From contig NC_090418.1 in the NCBI RefSeq assembly GCF_036365525.1, positions 8,846,266-8,910,265 on the forward strand: DNA of 64,000 nucleotides, written 5' to 3'. This DNA comes from Heterodontus francisci (Eukaryota). Positions within the stretch are counted from its first letter, which is position 1. The number at the start of each line of letters is the position of its first letter. Positions 37,006-51,019 of the stretch are shown one piece after another. The notes beneath the pieces are model-generated. The model made no database searches, had not been told where the DNA came from, and saw only the letters and a program-made list of their open reading frames with translations. The position numbers and the translations under genes were made by a program.

Positions 37006-37807
37006 CCGCACGCAGCTGAAGGCCCCAGGTTCCACACCTAGTCTGTGGTGAATTTGTCGATCTCCACTGATCAGCGCTCTTTGAGGGGTTGAGGGCGCAG
37101 GGACAGGAATCAGCTGGCCTTCTTGGCAAGCTGATTGCTCTCCCGTAATCCATGCTGGACCACGCATGCGAGCATGGGTATCAGACAAGGGCAGAATCGG
37201 GCCTGACCGCGATGCCTCTGCAGTCGAGTAGCTTACCAACGCACATTGTCTCGGCTCACACACAAGGAGTGGAGAGTTAGCCAGTTAGCAGAGGGCTTCT
37301 GGCAATTTTCCAGTTGTACCCTTTAACCCCTCCAGAAGCGGAGGGAAGAATGTCGGGACAGGGTTAAAAGGTTCTGAAAGGCCCATGAATGTCCACCTTG
37401 TCTTCGGAAGGGAGGGAGAGACCGTGCGAGTGAAGATCAGAGGACAAGGCCAGCCCACACTGCTCTTATGCCCTTCCTGGTTAGAGGATCTTTGGCACAA
37501 CCAGGGGCAGCCAGGACAGGGAAGGATGCTGAAATGTGATTCCAAAAGCTGCTGCTGCTGCCCAGTGGTTCATTCCTTGATCTCTGTGCTGACCTTAAGT
37601 GAGGAGTGACCAAAACATTGAAACTACAAATGCCTAATGTGAGGTAGGAGCTTTTATTTGCTATGCTTGCATTGTGGAGGGAGGGAGCAGAGGAGGCGAG
37701 TACTTTAAATTGAAATATTCCCTTCCTCGTACTCAGCTTCCCTTTGGATATAGTGCTTATTTATAATGCTGACGCACTTTGTGTTGATGTTGGCTATGTG
37801 TTTGCAG

Positions 37808-37956
37808 GTGGAGTACCTGAGGATGAAGCTTATATCCCCACTTACCTGGAGGCTTTTCCTCCCCTCCCTGAGAAGGGAGCGCCGGGGGACAAGTCTGGTG
37901 AACCAATTGGAGCGTGGAGCAAAATCCGACCAATCAAATCCTCAGTAATCACCCAG
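37808..37956 (+). CDS. HDLBP: Vigilin coding exon 2
   Basis: GGVPEDEAYIPTYLEAFPPLPEK...KIRPIKSSVITQ; tttgcag| and |gtacgc; 149 nt restores phase 0. Confidence 0.95.
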
Positions 37957-38009
37957 GTACGCGAACGCTCTCTGTGGTATATACACAACAAAATTGATCT
38001 GAGAATCTA

Positions 38010-38435
38010 TTTAAGAAATACTTATTTGTATCTCTGGGCCACCTTTGATGCCCTTGGGACGTTGCAAAATGTTTCACAGTTAAGAAACTACTTTTTAAAT
38101 TGTGGTAATATAGAAAACGTAGCAGCCCCTTTGTGCACAGCAAGCTCCCACAAAGAGCAAGAGGTAATGACTAGATCGTTTGGGTTTTTTTTTTTGATGT
38201 TGGTTGAGGGATAAATATTGGCCCGGACTCTGGGAAGAACTCCCCTGCTCGTCCTTAAAATTATGCTGTGGGATCTTATACGCTTCCCCGAGAGAGCAGT
38301 TGGGGGCCTCAGTTTAGCGTCTGCACCTGGAGCATCAGCCTGGATTTTTGTGCTCAAGTCTCTGGAGTGGGACGTGAAGCCATGATTTCCTGACTCAGAG
38401 GCGAGAGTGCTCCCCACTGAGCCACAGCTGACACT
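38010..38435 (-). mobile_element. SacSINE1-like SINE
   Basis: Reverse Deu-SINE with intact head 'gagtgctccccactgagccacagctgacac'. Confidence 0.8.
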
Positions 38436-41400
38436 TATCAGGGCATGTTAGTACGTACAGAACCAGAAATACTCCAACCAAAGCCACAGGCGATATTCTC
38501 TTTCACTACGATCATGGTGCATCATTCTCCTCGACTTCTCTGCAGACTACACCAGCCTCATTCAGTGCTGCTCATCTATTGCCCAGTTCTGTGGGACTGC
38601 CCTCGCTTTGTCCTTAAACTCATCCAAACCTCTGCTACTCCTATCCTATTCCACTCATCCATCACCCCTGTACTCGTAGGCTTCCAATATACCAATGCTC
38701 CCTGTTTAAAATTTTCACCCTCATATTTAACTCTCTTGTGGCTTTGTCCTTCCCTGGGTCTGTAACCTCCTCTGGATCTGCCGTTCCCCCATCACTGAAC
38801 TATCTATTCCTTTGACAGTGACCTCTTGTGCATTCCCCCTTCTGCTGCCTGTCACCCCACCATTAACAGTGGTGCCTTCAACTTCCTTGGCCCTGTGCTC
38901 TGGAACTTCCTCCCTGATCCCCTCTGCCCCTCCATTGCCCCCTGCTTTACAATTAACTCCTTTAAATAAACTTGTGATCATCCCTTCTTTGACTTGTCCC
39001 CTATGCCTTTTGATACAATTTGGGACCTTTTTCCACACTAAAGGCTTTTGTATATGCAAGTTGTAATGACCTGGGTTTGATTGTCAATTTGTACTGATGT
39101 CGCCAAGATCTCAGTGCCGCGGGACTATTACAAAAAATCAGCTGGATTCCTGCTCCTGTCCACTATCCCGTGATCTCCTAATAACAAGCACATGTGTGTT
39201 TTAAAAAGGGGTGCAAGGAATAAAACTCGAAAAAGGTAACGCTAAACCTTTACAAATTATTGGATGGATAGAGTTAGGTTATTGTGTTCAGTTATGGGCA
39301 CCCTACTTTAGGGAGGATGTCATGAGAGGGTATAAAAGAGATTTACTAAGATAACATCAGAGCCAAGAGGCTTTAGTTACAAAGAGCAACTCTAGGAACT
39401 GGAGATCTTATCATTAGCACAGAGCAGGTTACGCTAGAGCTGAGGTATTCAGAATTAGTATTGATAATGTGAACAGAGAAAAGCTATTTCCACTGGTCGA
39501 GAATTGGATAACTAGATGACATAAATTTAAAATCGTCACCAAAGGGAGAGGGGAAAATAAAATCCTTTTAAAAGTAAAGTGGAGACATAGTATGGGGAAA
39601 GGGCAGGGGATTGGACCTATGGGGAAACTGTTCCTTAGTTAATGTTTCAAATAAAAACTGATTGTTTTTTAACTTCAGAAATCGAGTCAGTCTAAAAAAT
39701 GATAGACAGAGAGAAAAAAGTCACCTATCTATATTCTTATAGTTAATTATAGTTACATTTACTAAATTTATTTGTTTGTAGAACTGCAGTTATTAAGGGA
39801 ATAATTAATATTTTGGTTTCTGGGCATTAAAATCTTAGGGAAAGAACTTAAACCTTGTTAAATTTATTCTCCATTTTACCTTCGGAGGTAAATTTTAAAA
39901 GTCCTGCTTTTCATTAAAAATAAAGAATTTTAATATGTTTTAATGGAGTAGATAGAGAGAAATAGTTTTAACTGGGAGGTAGCAAGAGGACACAGATTTA
40001 AGACCTGGGGAGAAATGAGGACAGTATTTTTTTACGCAGTGGATTGTTGTGATCTGGAACGCGCTGCCTGAAATAGAGTGAAAACAGATTCAATAGTAAC
40101 TTTCAAAGGTGGAATTGGATGACTGCTTGAAAAGGTGACATTTTCAGGGCTATGGGGAAAGAGTGGGGGGAGTGGGACTAATTGGATAACCCTCTCGAAG
40201 AGACGGCACAGATATGATGGGCCGAATGGCCTCCTTCTGTGCTGCATGATTCTATGGGACAGCTGGTCACAACGCAAATCATTTTACTTAGGCTTTCATC
40301 TCATAATCATTTTGGGGCTTTTACCGGCAGCAAATAATGTTTTCTGAGGCAAGTTCGAGAAACTGTTTCTAGAATAGTTACAGCACAGAAGGAGGCCATT
40401 CAGCCCGTCATGGCTGTGCCAGCTCTCTATGAGGGCAACTTAGCTAGTCCCACTCCCCCGTATTTTCTCCGTAGCTCTGCATTTTTTTTTCTCTTATAAT
40501 TATCCAATTCCTTTTTGAAAGTCCTGATTGAATCTGCCTCCAAGTGCATTCCAGATCCTAACCGCTCGCTGCACTTAAAAGAAAAATGCTTTTCCTCACC
40601 TTGCCTCTGGTTCTTTTGCCAATCACTTTAAATTGATGATTGAAAGCAAGACAGGCCATTCAGAGAGGATGTTATTTTGCAAGCAATCTCACTGTGTAAG
40701 AGATGCTGGAATTGCTGCCACTACCGAACTAGTTGTAAACAAGAATAAACTTTCTTAAAGCCATCATCTGTTTATTTACTCTTGCACTGAGGTATAATTA
40801 CTGGAATAGCTTGTAATTAAAATGCACTTTGGCTTATTTCTTGTCAGTCAGTGGCCCTGATAATTGCATAGAATTACACAGAAATTACAGCCCAGGAACA
40901 GGCCATTTGGCCCATCCAGTCCATGTTAGTGTTCATCCTCCACATAGAGTAGTCCTGATTCCATGTGCCCACCCTCCGGTCCAATCTCTTCACTCAAAGG
41001 GTTGTGAATCTTTGGGATTTTCTACCCCAGAGGGCTGTGGATGCACAGTCATTGAGTATATTCAAGACAGAGATCGATATATTTTTGGGTATGAAGGGAA
41101 TTAAGGGATATGGGTGTAGTGGGGAAAGGTGGAGTTGGGTTACAAGTACCACCACGGCCTCATTGAATGGCGTAGCAGGCGCAAAGGGCCAAATAGCCCA
41201 CTTGTTCCTATTTCTTATGTCTTTATATCTCTATCCCCATGATATGCTCAAGAAGCTCCCTTTTGGTACACATTTGCAAACTTGTCACCTGTTGGAAGTG
41301 AACCCAGGGTCAACCCAAAACAGAGTCCACGGAGATTTGAACTTGGATCGCTGGATTCAGAGTGCATTTTACACCATGGGCCCAGTAGTGCCTAACATTG

Positions 41401-43924
41401 CTTAACATCCTAAGAGAAAATAACGTACCCTCTTAGTGCCGTAGAGTAACTGCAAGTAATGTAGTGAAAGTGGTAGGCCTAGCTCACGCTTCCTATCTGT
41501 CGCACCTCTACATCACACCCCAAGTGGCCCACTAAAAATTCCATTTCGCAGTGTTAAATAAAAGTATGAGGGCAAAAAAAGACTTTGGACTGTATAAAGA
41601 AACTCAGCAGGTGCATAAACTACAGGAGTCAGAATATCTGCAGCCTCTCAGTGGACCTTCTCCCAAAATTCCCTTCACCCCCACCGTTGGTGGTTATGCC
41701 TTCAGTCATCTAGGTCCTAAACGCTGGAATTCCCTCCCTAACATTCTCTGCCTGTCCGCTTCCCTCTCCTCCTTTAAGACCCTCCTTAACACGCATTTTA
41801 TTCTTTCATGGGATGTGAGCATCGCTGACAAAGCCAGCATTTGATGCCCATCCCTAATTGCCCTTGAGAAAATGGTGGTGAGCCATATCTTCAACCAAAG
41901 TCACCCCTCCTAATATCTCCTCCTTGGACTTAGAGCTGAATTCTGCCTGATTATACTTGTGTGAAGTACCTTGGATGTTTTTCTGCATTAAAAGAGCTAT
42001 ATAAATGCAAGTGGTTGTTATCAATAGCAGTTGAGAAATAGACAAATACAGATAGGATTCGTACCTGCAGCCATTGAATGGTAAATGGACTCACACAGTG
42101 CTTACTTAACAGCAATTAGGCTCAGTGTTCTTAAAACAACACAGCATCTCCTTGCTATCAGAGCTTTACATTCAATATTACATGATATAACCCCCCATTT
42201 TTTATAAACCAACATGCCACCTGATTTACCGTAAGCAATGCCGTGTGGGACCTATAAAAGTCATGCATCCAGTGCATGTGCATCGCAAAAAGTCACATGT
42301 CAGATATCATACTTATTACAGGGCAAAACTTTTCCTTTAAAAACAGGGTGAAAAAGCAAGTGGTGAGCCTTAACTGGCCTCTGATGGAGCTGAGCAGTTT
42401 CTAGGTCGCGACAATTAGCTAGTTTTACCGATGTAAACGAGTGGCTTTTAAAGAGTACATCAGGCTAGCAGCTGAACTTCACAGCTGTGCTCTGGACCCC
42501 AGACCGAGGCCACAGCAGATCCACCAGTGAAGACTGTGGGATGACGTGCGTAGCGATTTAACGAGAGGATGTGAGATCCCAGTTGAGGGGAACTGTTGGT
42601 TGGAAATTGTGAGTAGCTGTTCGGGAAAAGCACTCGTTCAGCCTGAGACGTAAGACTGACACATCCTGTGTGATCTATGTCTTGGTTTATAAGTGTCCAC
42701 AAAGTAGCTGGGTTCACATAAACTTTCCAGTAACAAACAGGAAAACCTGTTTATTGTTGAATTCAGTGCTGATAGTGACTCATTTCCCCTGATCATTTGT
42801 GCTTTGGACATTTGCTGTTAATGGTTGTCAGGGAAGAGCTACCGGGATTTGAGTTTTCATTTCCCTTAAAGGAATCAGTCGTAGAATTGCTGGACATGTT
42901 ATTCTACTACAACCAGTCTTAATGTTTGAGAATCCAGTTTACTTTTGTCCCCACAGCTATTTTTAATCAAGAACTTTTGATTGCTCCACTGAAGTTTCCT
43001 CTCTTGCGTCTGCCTAGTTCCCAGTGCAATGTCTTCACAATCTATCTCCACCGTGCGTCCTTATTTATTGAAATAATTATAAAGGACTTGCATTTATATA
43101 GCGCCTTTCACAGCCATAGGACATCCCAAAGTGCTTTACAGCCAGTGAACTACTTTAAGAAATAAAAAACAAAGCGCTGAAAATACTCAGCAGGTCTGTC
43201 TGCATCTGTGGAGAGAGAAGCAGAGTTACCGTGGCAGGTACCCAGTTTTGTGTCATCGAAATCATTAATGTATATTGTGAATAGCTGGGGTCCTAGCACC
43301 GATCCCTGCGGTACCCCACTAGTCACTGCCTGCCATTCGGAAAAAGATCCGTTTATTCCTACTCTTTGTTTCCTGTCTGCCAACCCTTCATCAATTACTT
43401 TAAGTGTTGTAATCTAGCCAATTTGCATACAGCAAGCTCTTACAAACAGCAGTGTGCTAATAACCAGATAACTGCCTTCAGATATTGATTGAGAGATAAC
43501 TATTAGCCCAGAATACCAGGGAGAACTCCCTTGCATTTCTTCTTTGGAGCTCATGAATCTGTGGACAATAGCTATTTGGCTATAGTGTCTCGGTGAAGAG
43601 AGTTGGGAGATGATAGCCAGTGCTCATGGACTGGATTTCACACGGGGTCTGTTAGTGAAATGATTATGGCACTGGGCTAGCAACCCAGAGGTTCTGAGTC
43701 CAGATCCCTCCATGGCTTGGCATGATACTGACATCATTTGTAATTGAAACACAACAACCACACTTACGGTTGTGTAGACAAGTAAGATTTTTCATGTATC
43801 ACAGATATTCAGCACAGTCGTGGAATTAACCATCCAGCCAACTTACAGCAAAGGATCTGTGAACTTGCTCAAGCCAGGGGGGAAGTAAATTGGCGCTGTT
43901 GGCTGCAAGCTTTTTTTAAAGATT

Positions 43925-44315
43925 TCACTCTTGGGAGGTGGGTATCGCTGGCAAGGCCAATATTCATTACCCATCCAAGCTGCCCTGAAAAGGTGCTGGT
44001 GGTGGTGGACCTTCCTTTAGGACCACAGCAGTTTTTATTGCTAGAACTGAGGCCACTTCAGCAGGAGCAGTTAACCTCATTGGTGTGGTACTGGAGTCAC
44101 ATCTAGGCCCAGACCAGGTAAGGACAGTTGGTTTCTTTCTTTAGAGGGGATTAATGAGCTAGTGGGATTATTACAACAGTCTGACAGCTTCACAATCACT
44201 TTTACAGAGACCAGTTTATCAGTTGCAAATTTTTCTGTCATGGGATTTGAACTCACTGGATTATTAGTCCTAACCTCGGGATTATTAGTCCAGCAACATA
44301 ACCGCTACGCTACTG
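43925..44315 (-). mobile_element. tRNA-derived SINE with a LINE-family-B-type 3' tail
   Basis: Body 'ggagtcacatctaggcccagaccaggtaaggacag' shared with 59322-59630; its end resembles the family B tail. Confidence 0.6.
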
Positions 44316-44379
44316 TACCCAGGCAAGAGGACATGTACGGAAGGAATTATATATCTTTCTCTTTGTCACCTCCGCCCAG

Positions 44380-44595
44380 GTGTTTCACGTCCCTCTGGAG
44401 GAGCGCAGGTACAAGGACAACAGTCAGTTCGGTGAAGGCGAGGAGGCGAAGGTGTGTCTGGACATCATGCAGAAGACGGGAGCCCATATTGAGCTCTCAC
44501 TGGCCAAAGATCAGGGCCTCTCCATCATGGTGACCGGCAAACTCGACTCTGTCATGAAAGCAAGGAAGGAAATCGTGGCTCGGCTTCAGACCCAG
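44380..44595 (+). CDS. HDLBP: Vigilin coding exon 3 (N-terminal degenerate KH region)
   Basis: VFHVPLEERRYKD...GAHIELSLAKDQGLSIMVTGKLDSVMKARKEIVARLQTQ; cccag| and |gtcagc; 216 nt. Confidence 0.97.
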
Positions 44596-44779
44596 GTCAG
44601 CTGTCTGGATTAGTTTGCTGCTGCTGTGGGGGATAGGGAATTTATATGTCTGCAATCATATTTCAATACCCTAGGGCTTCTCTCCCCTCCACTTGAATGA
44701 TCAGAAGTAGATTCTTCAGCCTTGTAATTGCCTCCTTAAACTCCTCTGACTTGCTATCACTCTCCCCACTCCCCTTGAA

Positions 44780-45230
44780 GGGGATTCAGCACAGATTTAC
44801 CATAGTGATACCGGGGCTAAAAGAGTCAAATTATGAAGGTAGTTGCACAGACTAGCCTTATATTCCCTTGAGTGTAGAAGAATAAGGGGTGTTTAAGATG
44901 ATTAAAGGATCTGATAAGGTAGATAGAGAGAAACTATTTCCTCTGGCGGGGGGAGCAAGGGGCCAGAGCCTTAAAATTAGAGCCCGGCTGTTCAGAGGTG
45001 ATGTTAGGAAGCACTTCTTCACACAAAGGGTGGTGGAAATCTGGAACTGTCTCTCCACAAAAAGCTATTGGGGCTGGGGGTCAATTGGAAATTTCAAAAC
45101 TGAGATTGATAGATTTTTGTCAGGCAAGGGTATTGGGGTTACGGAACCAAGGTTTAAGACACAGATCTGCCATGATCTAATTGACAATAGGTTCGAGGGG
45201 CTAAATAGCTCAGTCATGTTCATATGTTCC
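44780..45230 (+). mobile_element. CR1 LINE 3' fragment
   Basis: FKMIKG.DKVDREKLFPL...HFFTQRVVEIWN. Confidence 0.8.
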
Positions 45231-45448
45231 TAAAAGCCTCAAGGCCTACCTTTTTAACATGTCTTCAGCATTTCCAATACCTCTTGTATTGCCCAGTTTA
45301 AAGCCCCTTGGGCCAGTTTGTCCATATTAGCACAGATTACCATTCTCTGAAGGAGAGTAGAATTAGTCTTGATTATTGACACATAAAAGTCAGAGCATTA
45401 ACAGAGACTCCTCAGTAATTTGCTAAGATTATTGTATGTGATTAAATA

Positions 45449-45783
45449 GCACAGTGGCGCAGTGGTTAGCACCGCAGCCTCACAGCTCCAGCGACCCGGG
45501 TTCAATTCTGGGTACTGCCTGTGTGGAGTTTGCAAGGCTGTGTCTGCGTGGGTTTCCTCCGGGTGCTCCGGTTTCCTCCCACATGCCAAAGACTTGCAGA
45601 TTGATAGGTAAATTGGCCATTAGCAATTGCCCCTAGTATAGGTAGGTGGTAGGGAAATAGAGGGACAGGTGGGGATGTGGTAGGAATATGGAATTAGTGT
45701 AGGATTAGTATAAATGGGTGGTTGATGGTCGGCACAGACTCGGTGGGCCGAAGGGCCTGTTTCAGTGCTGTATCTCTAAACTA
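45449..45783 (+). mobile_element. HE1-like V-SINE
   Basis: Same A/B boxes, V-domain and tail as the copy at 537. Confidence 0.9.
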
Positions 45784-46004
45784 TGACGTTGCAGCCAACG
45801 TAATGCACGCTTGCACCAACGCTTATGCATTAGCTTGGCTCAGGGCTGTGAACTGAGCCATGACTGAGGCCCATATACAATTCCTATTGTCGCAATTTTT
45901 GTCACGTTGTATGTCAACAGTTAACATTGAAACTGCCTATGTAATCATTTAGAATGGAAATCCTGTATGTAAACAGTTGCCTGTAACAATGTAGTTGCAC
46001 AGTC

Positions 46005-46023
46005 TGGCCACTAGGTGGCATCA
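46005..46023 (+). promoter_or_regulatory. CTCF-like motif
   Basis: TGGCCACTAGGTGGCATCA resembles the CTCF core CCASYAGRKGGCR; motif match only. Confidence 0.5.
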
Positions 46024-46207
46024 CAGTGATTTTTATTTGAAAGCTCTTGTATGTGACAGAGAAATTTACATACGTAAAGTGACTGTGGGCACTGCGGTCT
46101 CAAAAAAAAAAGTGAAATGATTTGCAAATCTTCTGTACCAGCCCTCGCTTCCATGGAGAGCACGTTGCCGGCATCCCTTGCTTCACCGGGCTCTTTAACT
46201 TCTTTAG

Positions 46208-46414
46208 GCTTCAGCTACTGTCACCATCCCGAAAGAACACCATCGGTTTGTCATCGGCAAGAACGGAGAGAAGCTGCAAGAACTAGAACTGAAGACGGCG
46301 ACGAAAATCAACATCCCCCGCCCCGATGACCCCAGCAACCAGATCAAAATCACAGGGACAAAGGAGGGCATCGAGAAGTCCCGGCACGAGATCCTGCTTA
46401 TCTCTGCAGAACAG
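46208..46414 (+). CDS. HDLBP: Vigilin coding exon 4 (KH domain)
   Basis: ASATVTIPKEHHRFVIGKNGEKLQELELKTATKINIPRPDDPSNQIKITGTKEGIEKSRHEILLISAEQ; GxxG loop; tttag| and |gtacgg; 207 nt; this frame is absent from the ORF track. Confidence 0.97.
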
Positions 46415-47741
46415 GTACGGCCGTCCATCCTTCCCTTCAAAAAGCAGTAATTCATGTTAGTTTTGATGCTTCCTGGGTCTTCCATTGACTGAAATTGGGC
46501 TATGTATCATTCAAGATAATGAAATGGCTGCTTGTCTGACATGAGCAGAAATGTCCTCCAATTAGCTGTTGGGAAGACCAAAGCTATTGTCTCATCCATG
46601 TTTCTTCCTCGCCACCATTGCATCCTGCTTCCAGGTCACTGTCTGAGGCTGACGCTGATTGTTTGCAATCTCAGCATCCTGTTACCCATGATATCGCCCA
46701 ACGCTGCCGCTGACTCTGCCTCCGCCCATCATTCACAGCACAGAAGGAGGCCATTCGGCCCAATCGAGTCCATGCTAGCTCTCCACTGAGCAATCCAGTC
46801 AGTCCCACTCCCTGGCTCCATCCCTGTAACCCTGCCAGTCCGTTTCCTTCAATCCAGTTTCCCTCCGAAAACATCGATCGCGTCCGCCTCCGCCACCCTT
46901 ATGACCCTTTGCACGCCTCAGGTCTGGGAGGACATTTTTTAAATTTAATGTTTTGTCGTCTTATGTCTTCTCGATAAACAAGTGGAATGGGAACTAAATT
47001 AGCAATATTATAACAAAATGAAAAATAAAAGAATGTGCATTTATATTATGCCTTTCACAACCTCAGGTCATCCCAGAGCACTTCACAATGAAGCATTTTA
47101 AAACCCTCATCCACGCTTTTGTTACCTCCAGAATCGACTATTCCAGCGATCTTCTGGCTGGCCTCCTATCTTGCACCCTCCATAAACCAGATATCATCCA
47201 AAACTCTGCTGGCCGAATCCTAACTCACACCACGTCCTGTTCATCAGTTCATCGCTGACCCACATTGGCTCCAAGACCACCAATGCCGCAAATTTAAAAT
47301 TCTCCTCCTGGTTTTCAGATCCCCCCCCCCCCCCCCACCGTGGCCTTCGCCTTCCCTATCTCTGTAACCTCCTCCAGCCTTATAATCCTCCAGAAATTCT
47401 GCGTTCCTCCAACTCTGGCCTCTTGATCATGCCCGATTTCCTTTACTCCACTATTGACAACCGTGTCTAAGTTCAGGAACCCCCTCCCTAAACCTCTCCA
47501 CCTCGCTGCCTCTCCTCCTCCTGTTAAATTTTCCATAAAACCTACCTCTTTAACCATGGTTTTGATCACCTGGCCTAATATCTCCTCCTTTGGCGTCAAA
47601 GTTTGTCGTATAGTGTTCCTGTGAAGCACCTTGCGGCCCTTTTTGCTATGTTAAAGGTGCTATAATAATGCACGTTACTGTTTTTGAAATGAATTCTTAC
47701 CGTATCTCTTGAGACATTCTCTATTGCTTATTAAACTCCTC

Positions 47742-48211
47742 GGCCAAGATTTCCGGCTGGGAATTGTGCCCGGGAATGCGGTGGGATCTGGTCGTCTGCC
47801 TCCCTGCTCATCCTGCCCCTTCCGGGATTTCCTGCTGGAAGTGATAGGGGAGGGGAGTGGCCGCAACATGTGAGCTGATATGCTATGGAAATGTTGGAAA
47901 TACGTCGTCCTGTGCATTTTCCACCATTTACAATGTAGCAGTGCCTTTGCCGTTAAGTTTAGCGCCCACGCAGTCGACTGAGGAGCAATCTGTCACATGG
48001 GGGGGGGGCGGTGAAGCTACTTTTTTTTGGTAACGTCGGTTTGGTTGACTGACAGCAGTGAGGCAGCCAGTGACCCGAAGGCCGGCAAGGCCTACAGGAA
48101 GCAGTCTCTGTGCCCTTCCACACCAGCCAAGGAACCCTGTTAGTATATGAGGCCCCCCTCCATCCCCCCCCCCCCTCCATCCCACCCCAACCCTCATTTG
48201 GAAAATTGGCC
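47742..48211. mobile_element. Probable MITE with short imperfect TIRs
   Basis: Left end GGCCAAGATTTCC, right end GGAAAATTGGCC; non-coding interior. Confidence 0.4.
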
Positions 48212-49401
48212 TGAGGTTAAGGGTCACAGCTGCTAGCCTAATGACCAAGCGGTGAGTCTTGGCTCCTCTGCTGCCCTCTCGGTGAGAGGCATGAGCATCC
48301 AGAAATGGAATGTACTTGGATTCTGGGCATCCATGCCCATGCACTTCTGCCTCAGTCTAGATGCCGAGTAAAGCCCCCTCTCAATATGCTGAAATCCCTG
48401 CCTCAGAAAGGTCCCACTCATCCGTTCCCACATCATCCATCCCGTGGCCTCTCTGAGTGATAGTCAATCCCTGTAAAATTAGGGAGCGGTTTTGTGCAGT
48501 TTGGGATCTTTGCCTGATTTCTTTTCTTGCCTCCCTCCCTATACACAGCATGACCTAGAATTTACAGCCCAGAAACAGGCCGTTCAGTCCATCTGCTCCG
48601 TGCTGGTATTTATGCTCCACACGAGCCTCCTCTCATCTCTCTTCATTTCATGCTATCAGCATGTCCTTCTATTCCTTTCTCCCTTGTGTACTTATCTAGC
48701 TTCCACTTAAATGTATCAAGGGCCCCACACTTCTTGATACTGAACTGCTTTTAATGGGAGCTGTCTACAGGCCTCCTGATAGCAGTGATGAAGTAGAAAG
48801 ATGCAGAAATACAGAGATCGGAGAAGCTTGTCTCAAGAGCATATTGGTTATACCACATCTGGAATCCTGGGTACCTCACCTCGGGATGGAAATATTTGCC
48901 TTGGACTGGGTGCAACGCAGATTCACCAGAATGACACTGGGTCTAACAGGGTTAAGTTATGTGGACAGGTTGCACAGTCTAGGCTAGAGAGCAGAAGATT
49001 AAGGGCTGATCTAATCGAGGTGTTTAAGATGATTAAAGAATTTGATAGGGTGGATAGAGTTAAGATAATTGAATGGTGGAACAGGTTCGAGTGGCTGAGG
49101 GCCCGACTCCCATTCCTGTATGAGCCCAGTACAGAAATGACGAGACCAGTTGCTTTGACCCCCTGCTGCTTTTCTGTCCGCTCAGCACTGATGGGGATAG
49201 AGGCTGCGACAATTTGGCCCCGTGCCACTCGCGAGCATCTTTAAACACTCCCTTGATTATATCGTAGCTCTGCTTAGTTAAAAAGAATTTTAAATCCTGA
49301 GCAACATTAGCCATGTAGGGTGGGTGCGTGAGAGGAGAGGGGGGGAGTGAATAAGAAGCTCGTGTGCTCGCCTTAACTAATGATTTCTGCCCTATTACTA
49401 G

Positions 49402-49617
49402 GACAAGCGGGCTGTCGAGAGGATAAACCTGGAGAAAGTCTTCCATCCATTCATTGCTGGGGCTTACAACAAAGTGGTCCAGGAGATAATGCAGGAGACC
49501 GGAGCTCGCATCAACATCCCCCCTCCCAGCATCAACAAGGATGAGATCTTCATCACCGGTGAGAAAGAGCCCGTGGCCCAGGCGGTCACCCGCATCAGGA
49601 AGATCTACGAGGAGAAG
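49402..49617 (+). CDS. HDLBP: Vigilin coding exon 5 (KH domain)
   Basis: DKRAVERINLEKVFHPFIAGAYNKVVQEIMQETGARINIPPPSINKDEIFITGEKEPVAQAVTRIRKIYEEK; actag| and |gttaga; 216 nt. Confidence 0.97.
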
Positions 49618-50277
49618 GTTAGATCAGCGTCCTTGTACTGAAAAGAAACTTGTATTTATGTGCCACGTTAGCCTGTCGTACAGATCTCTCAAAGCTCTCT
49701 CTTCCCCCAGTTAATGCTCTCCCTCAGTTAATATTGCCACTCTCCCTCACCATTCCCTCTCAGTTAGGATTTGTGTGACTATTGTTACGTTTCCAAACAA
49801 TGCAGCCTCAGCAACAACCTACAAACAGCACTGAGATAAATCTCAGCTGTCGTTTCTTAGTTAAGGGTGGGGGGAGGGGGGGGGATTGTTAAACTTGGTA
49901 AACCCACCAAAATATGGATTAACCCATGCCCGTTCACTGCATTGCAGGTGGGACGTTGAATTGGCGCTGCCTGCTGTTTTACAAGATTATTTCGTGCACC
50001 TGGTGCTCCCCACATTGTTCATTAGCTGCATGCAGCAGCAGGGAGCCCAATATTGCACTTGATTATCTCGCTACTGAAAGGCAGCCAGCAGCTCTTAAAG
50101 GGGAGGTGCATTAAAGGGGAGCCAGCTGCATAAAAATTAAGACTTGCACTGTGGCAACAAGAAGTGCTGGGGGTCCTTTGAGAGGTGAATCTATGCCATA
50201 AAGGATTGAAGAATGGCTGAACGTACGAGATGCAATGGAGGCCTTGGTGTAAGATATGGAGAGAAGGAGAGACATCT

Positions 50278-50859
50278 GGGGCACAGTTTTCCCTCCAGGA
50301 GCAGGAAACAGAGGTCAGGAATGTTTCTGGGTCCCGAACACACCCCAAGAGATACAGTCGCCCATCCCAATTTTCACGGGGGGAGTCCCCTTAATTGGCT
50401 TGGAGACGAGCTCCAATGAAGGACAGCGGGCGGCCTCTCGAAGCTGGAGGGCCAATCAGAGGCCTTCTGGCTTGAAAGGAGCATCAGGCTACATTAGAGG
50501 GTAAGTAAGGGAGAGGGCGCTTCAAAATGGAGGCACCCTCTTTCCAACTCTTTTAAACTTTTGTTGACAAGCCACCACTATGGGGGTTGTGGGAGTTCCT
50601 CTACAGGGCAGCACATGGCTGCTGCAACACCCAGGCAGGCAGGGGGGGGGGTGGTATGTCGCCAGGAGGCTGCTTCCAGGCACCTAAACCTGCTCCCGTC
50701 GCCTGTGGGAACCTGGAGGTTGACTGGAAAATCCCACTCGGCCTCCTTTAATTGACCTCAATAGGCTCTTAACGAGCAGCATTGGCTACCCATTGCATGG
50801 GGGCAATTTCCTGCCCATCACCGTTCCCAGCCCTGACGGGAACTCAAAATCTAGCCCCC
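50278..50859. mobile_element. MITE-like insertion splitting the Myb domain
   Basis: Imperfect TIRs GGGGCACAGTTTT / AAAATCTAGCCCC; Myb-like coding resumes on the far side. Confidence 0.6.
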
Positions 50860-51019
50860 ATATCTGCAGGGGTTCAGGAGGCAGTGGGAAGGAATAGCAC
50901 TGGAGCTCAATGCCAGGAGTATAGCTCTAAGAACATGGATGCAGGTCATGAAGAAGTTTTAATGATCTGCCGCGAGTTGTCAGGGTGAGTGAGTTCAGTC
51001 TTCAAATGGCTCACCTTAA

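Noticed and set aside
39620-39940. AT-rich intronic island as foreign DNA or an origin
   Set aside because: Short, lies between CR1 fragments, and has no termini or recognisable motif
46117-46329. ORF-track peptides over vigilin exon 4 (also 46204-46485 minus and 49060-49446 minus)
   Set aside because: Wrong frame or strand; the true frame is set by the splice sites and KH homology
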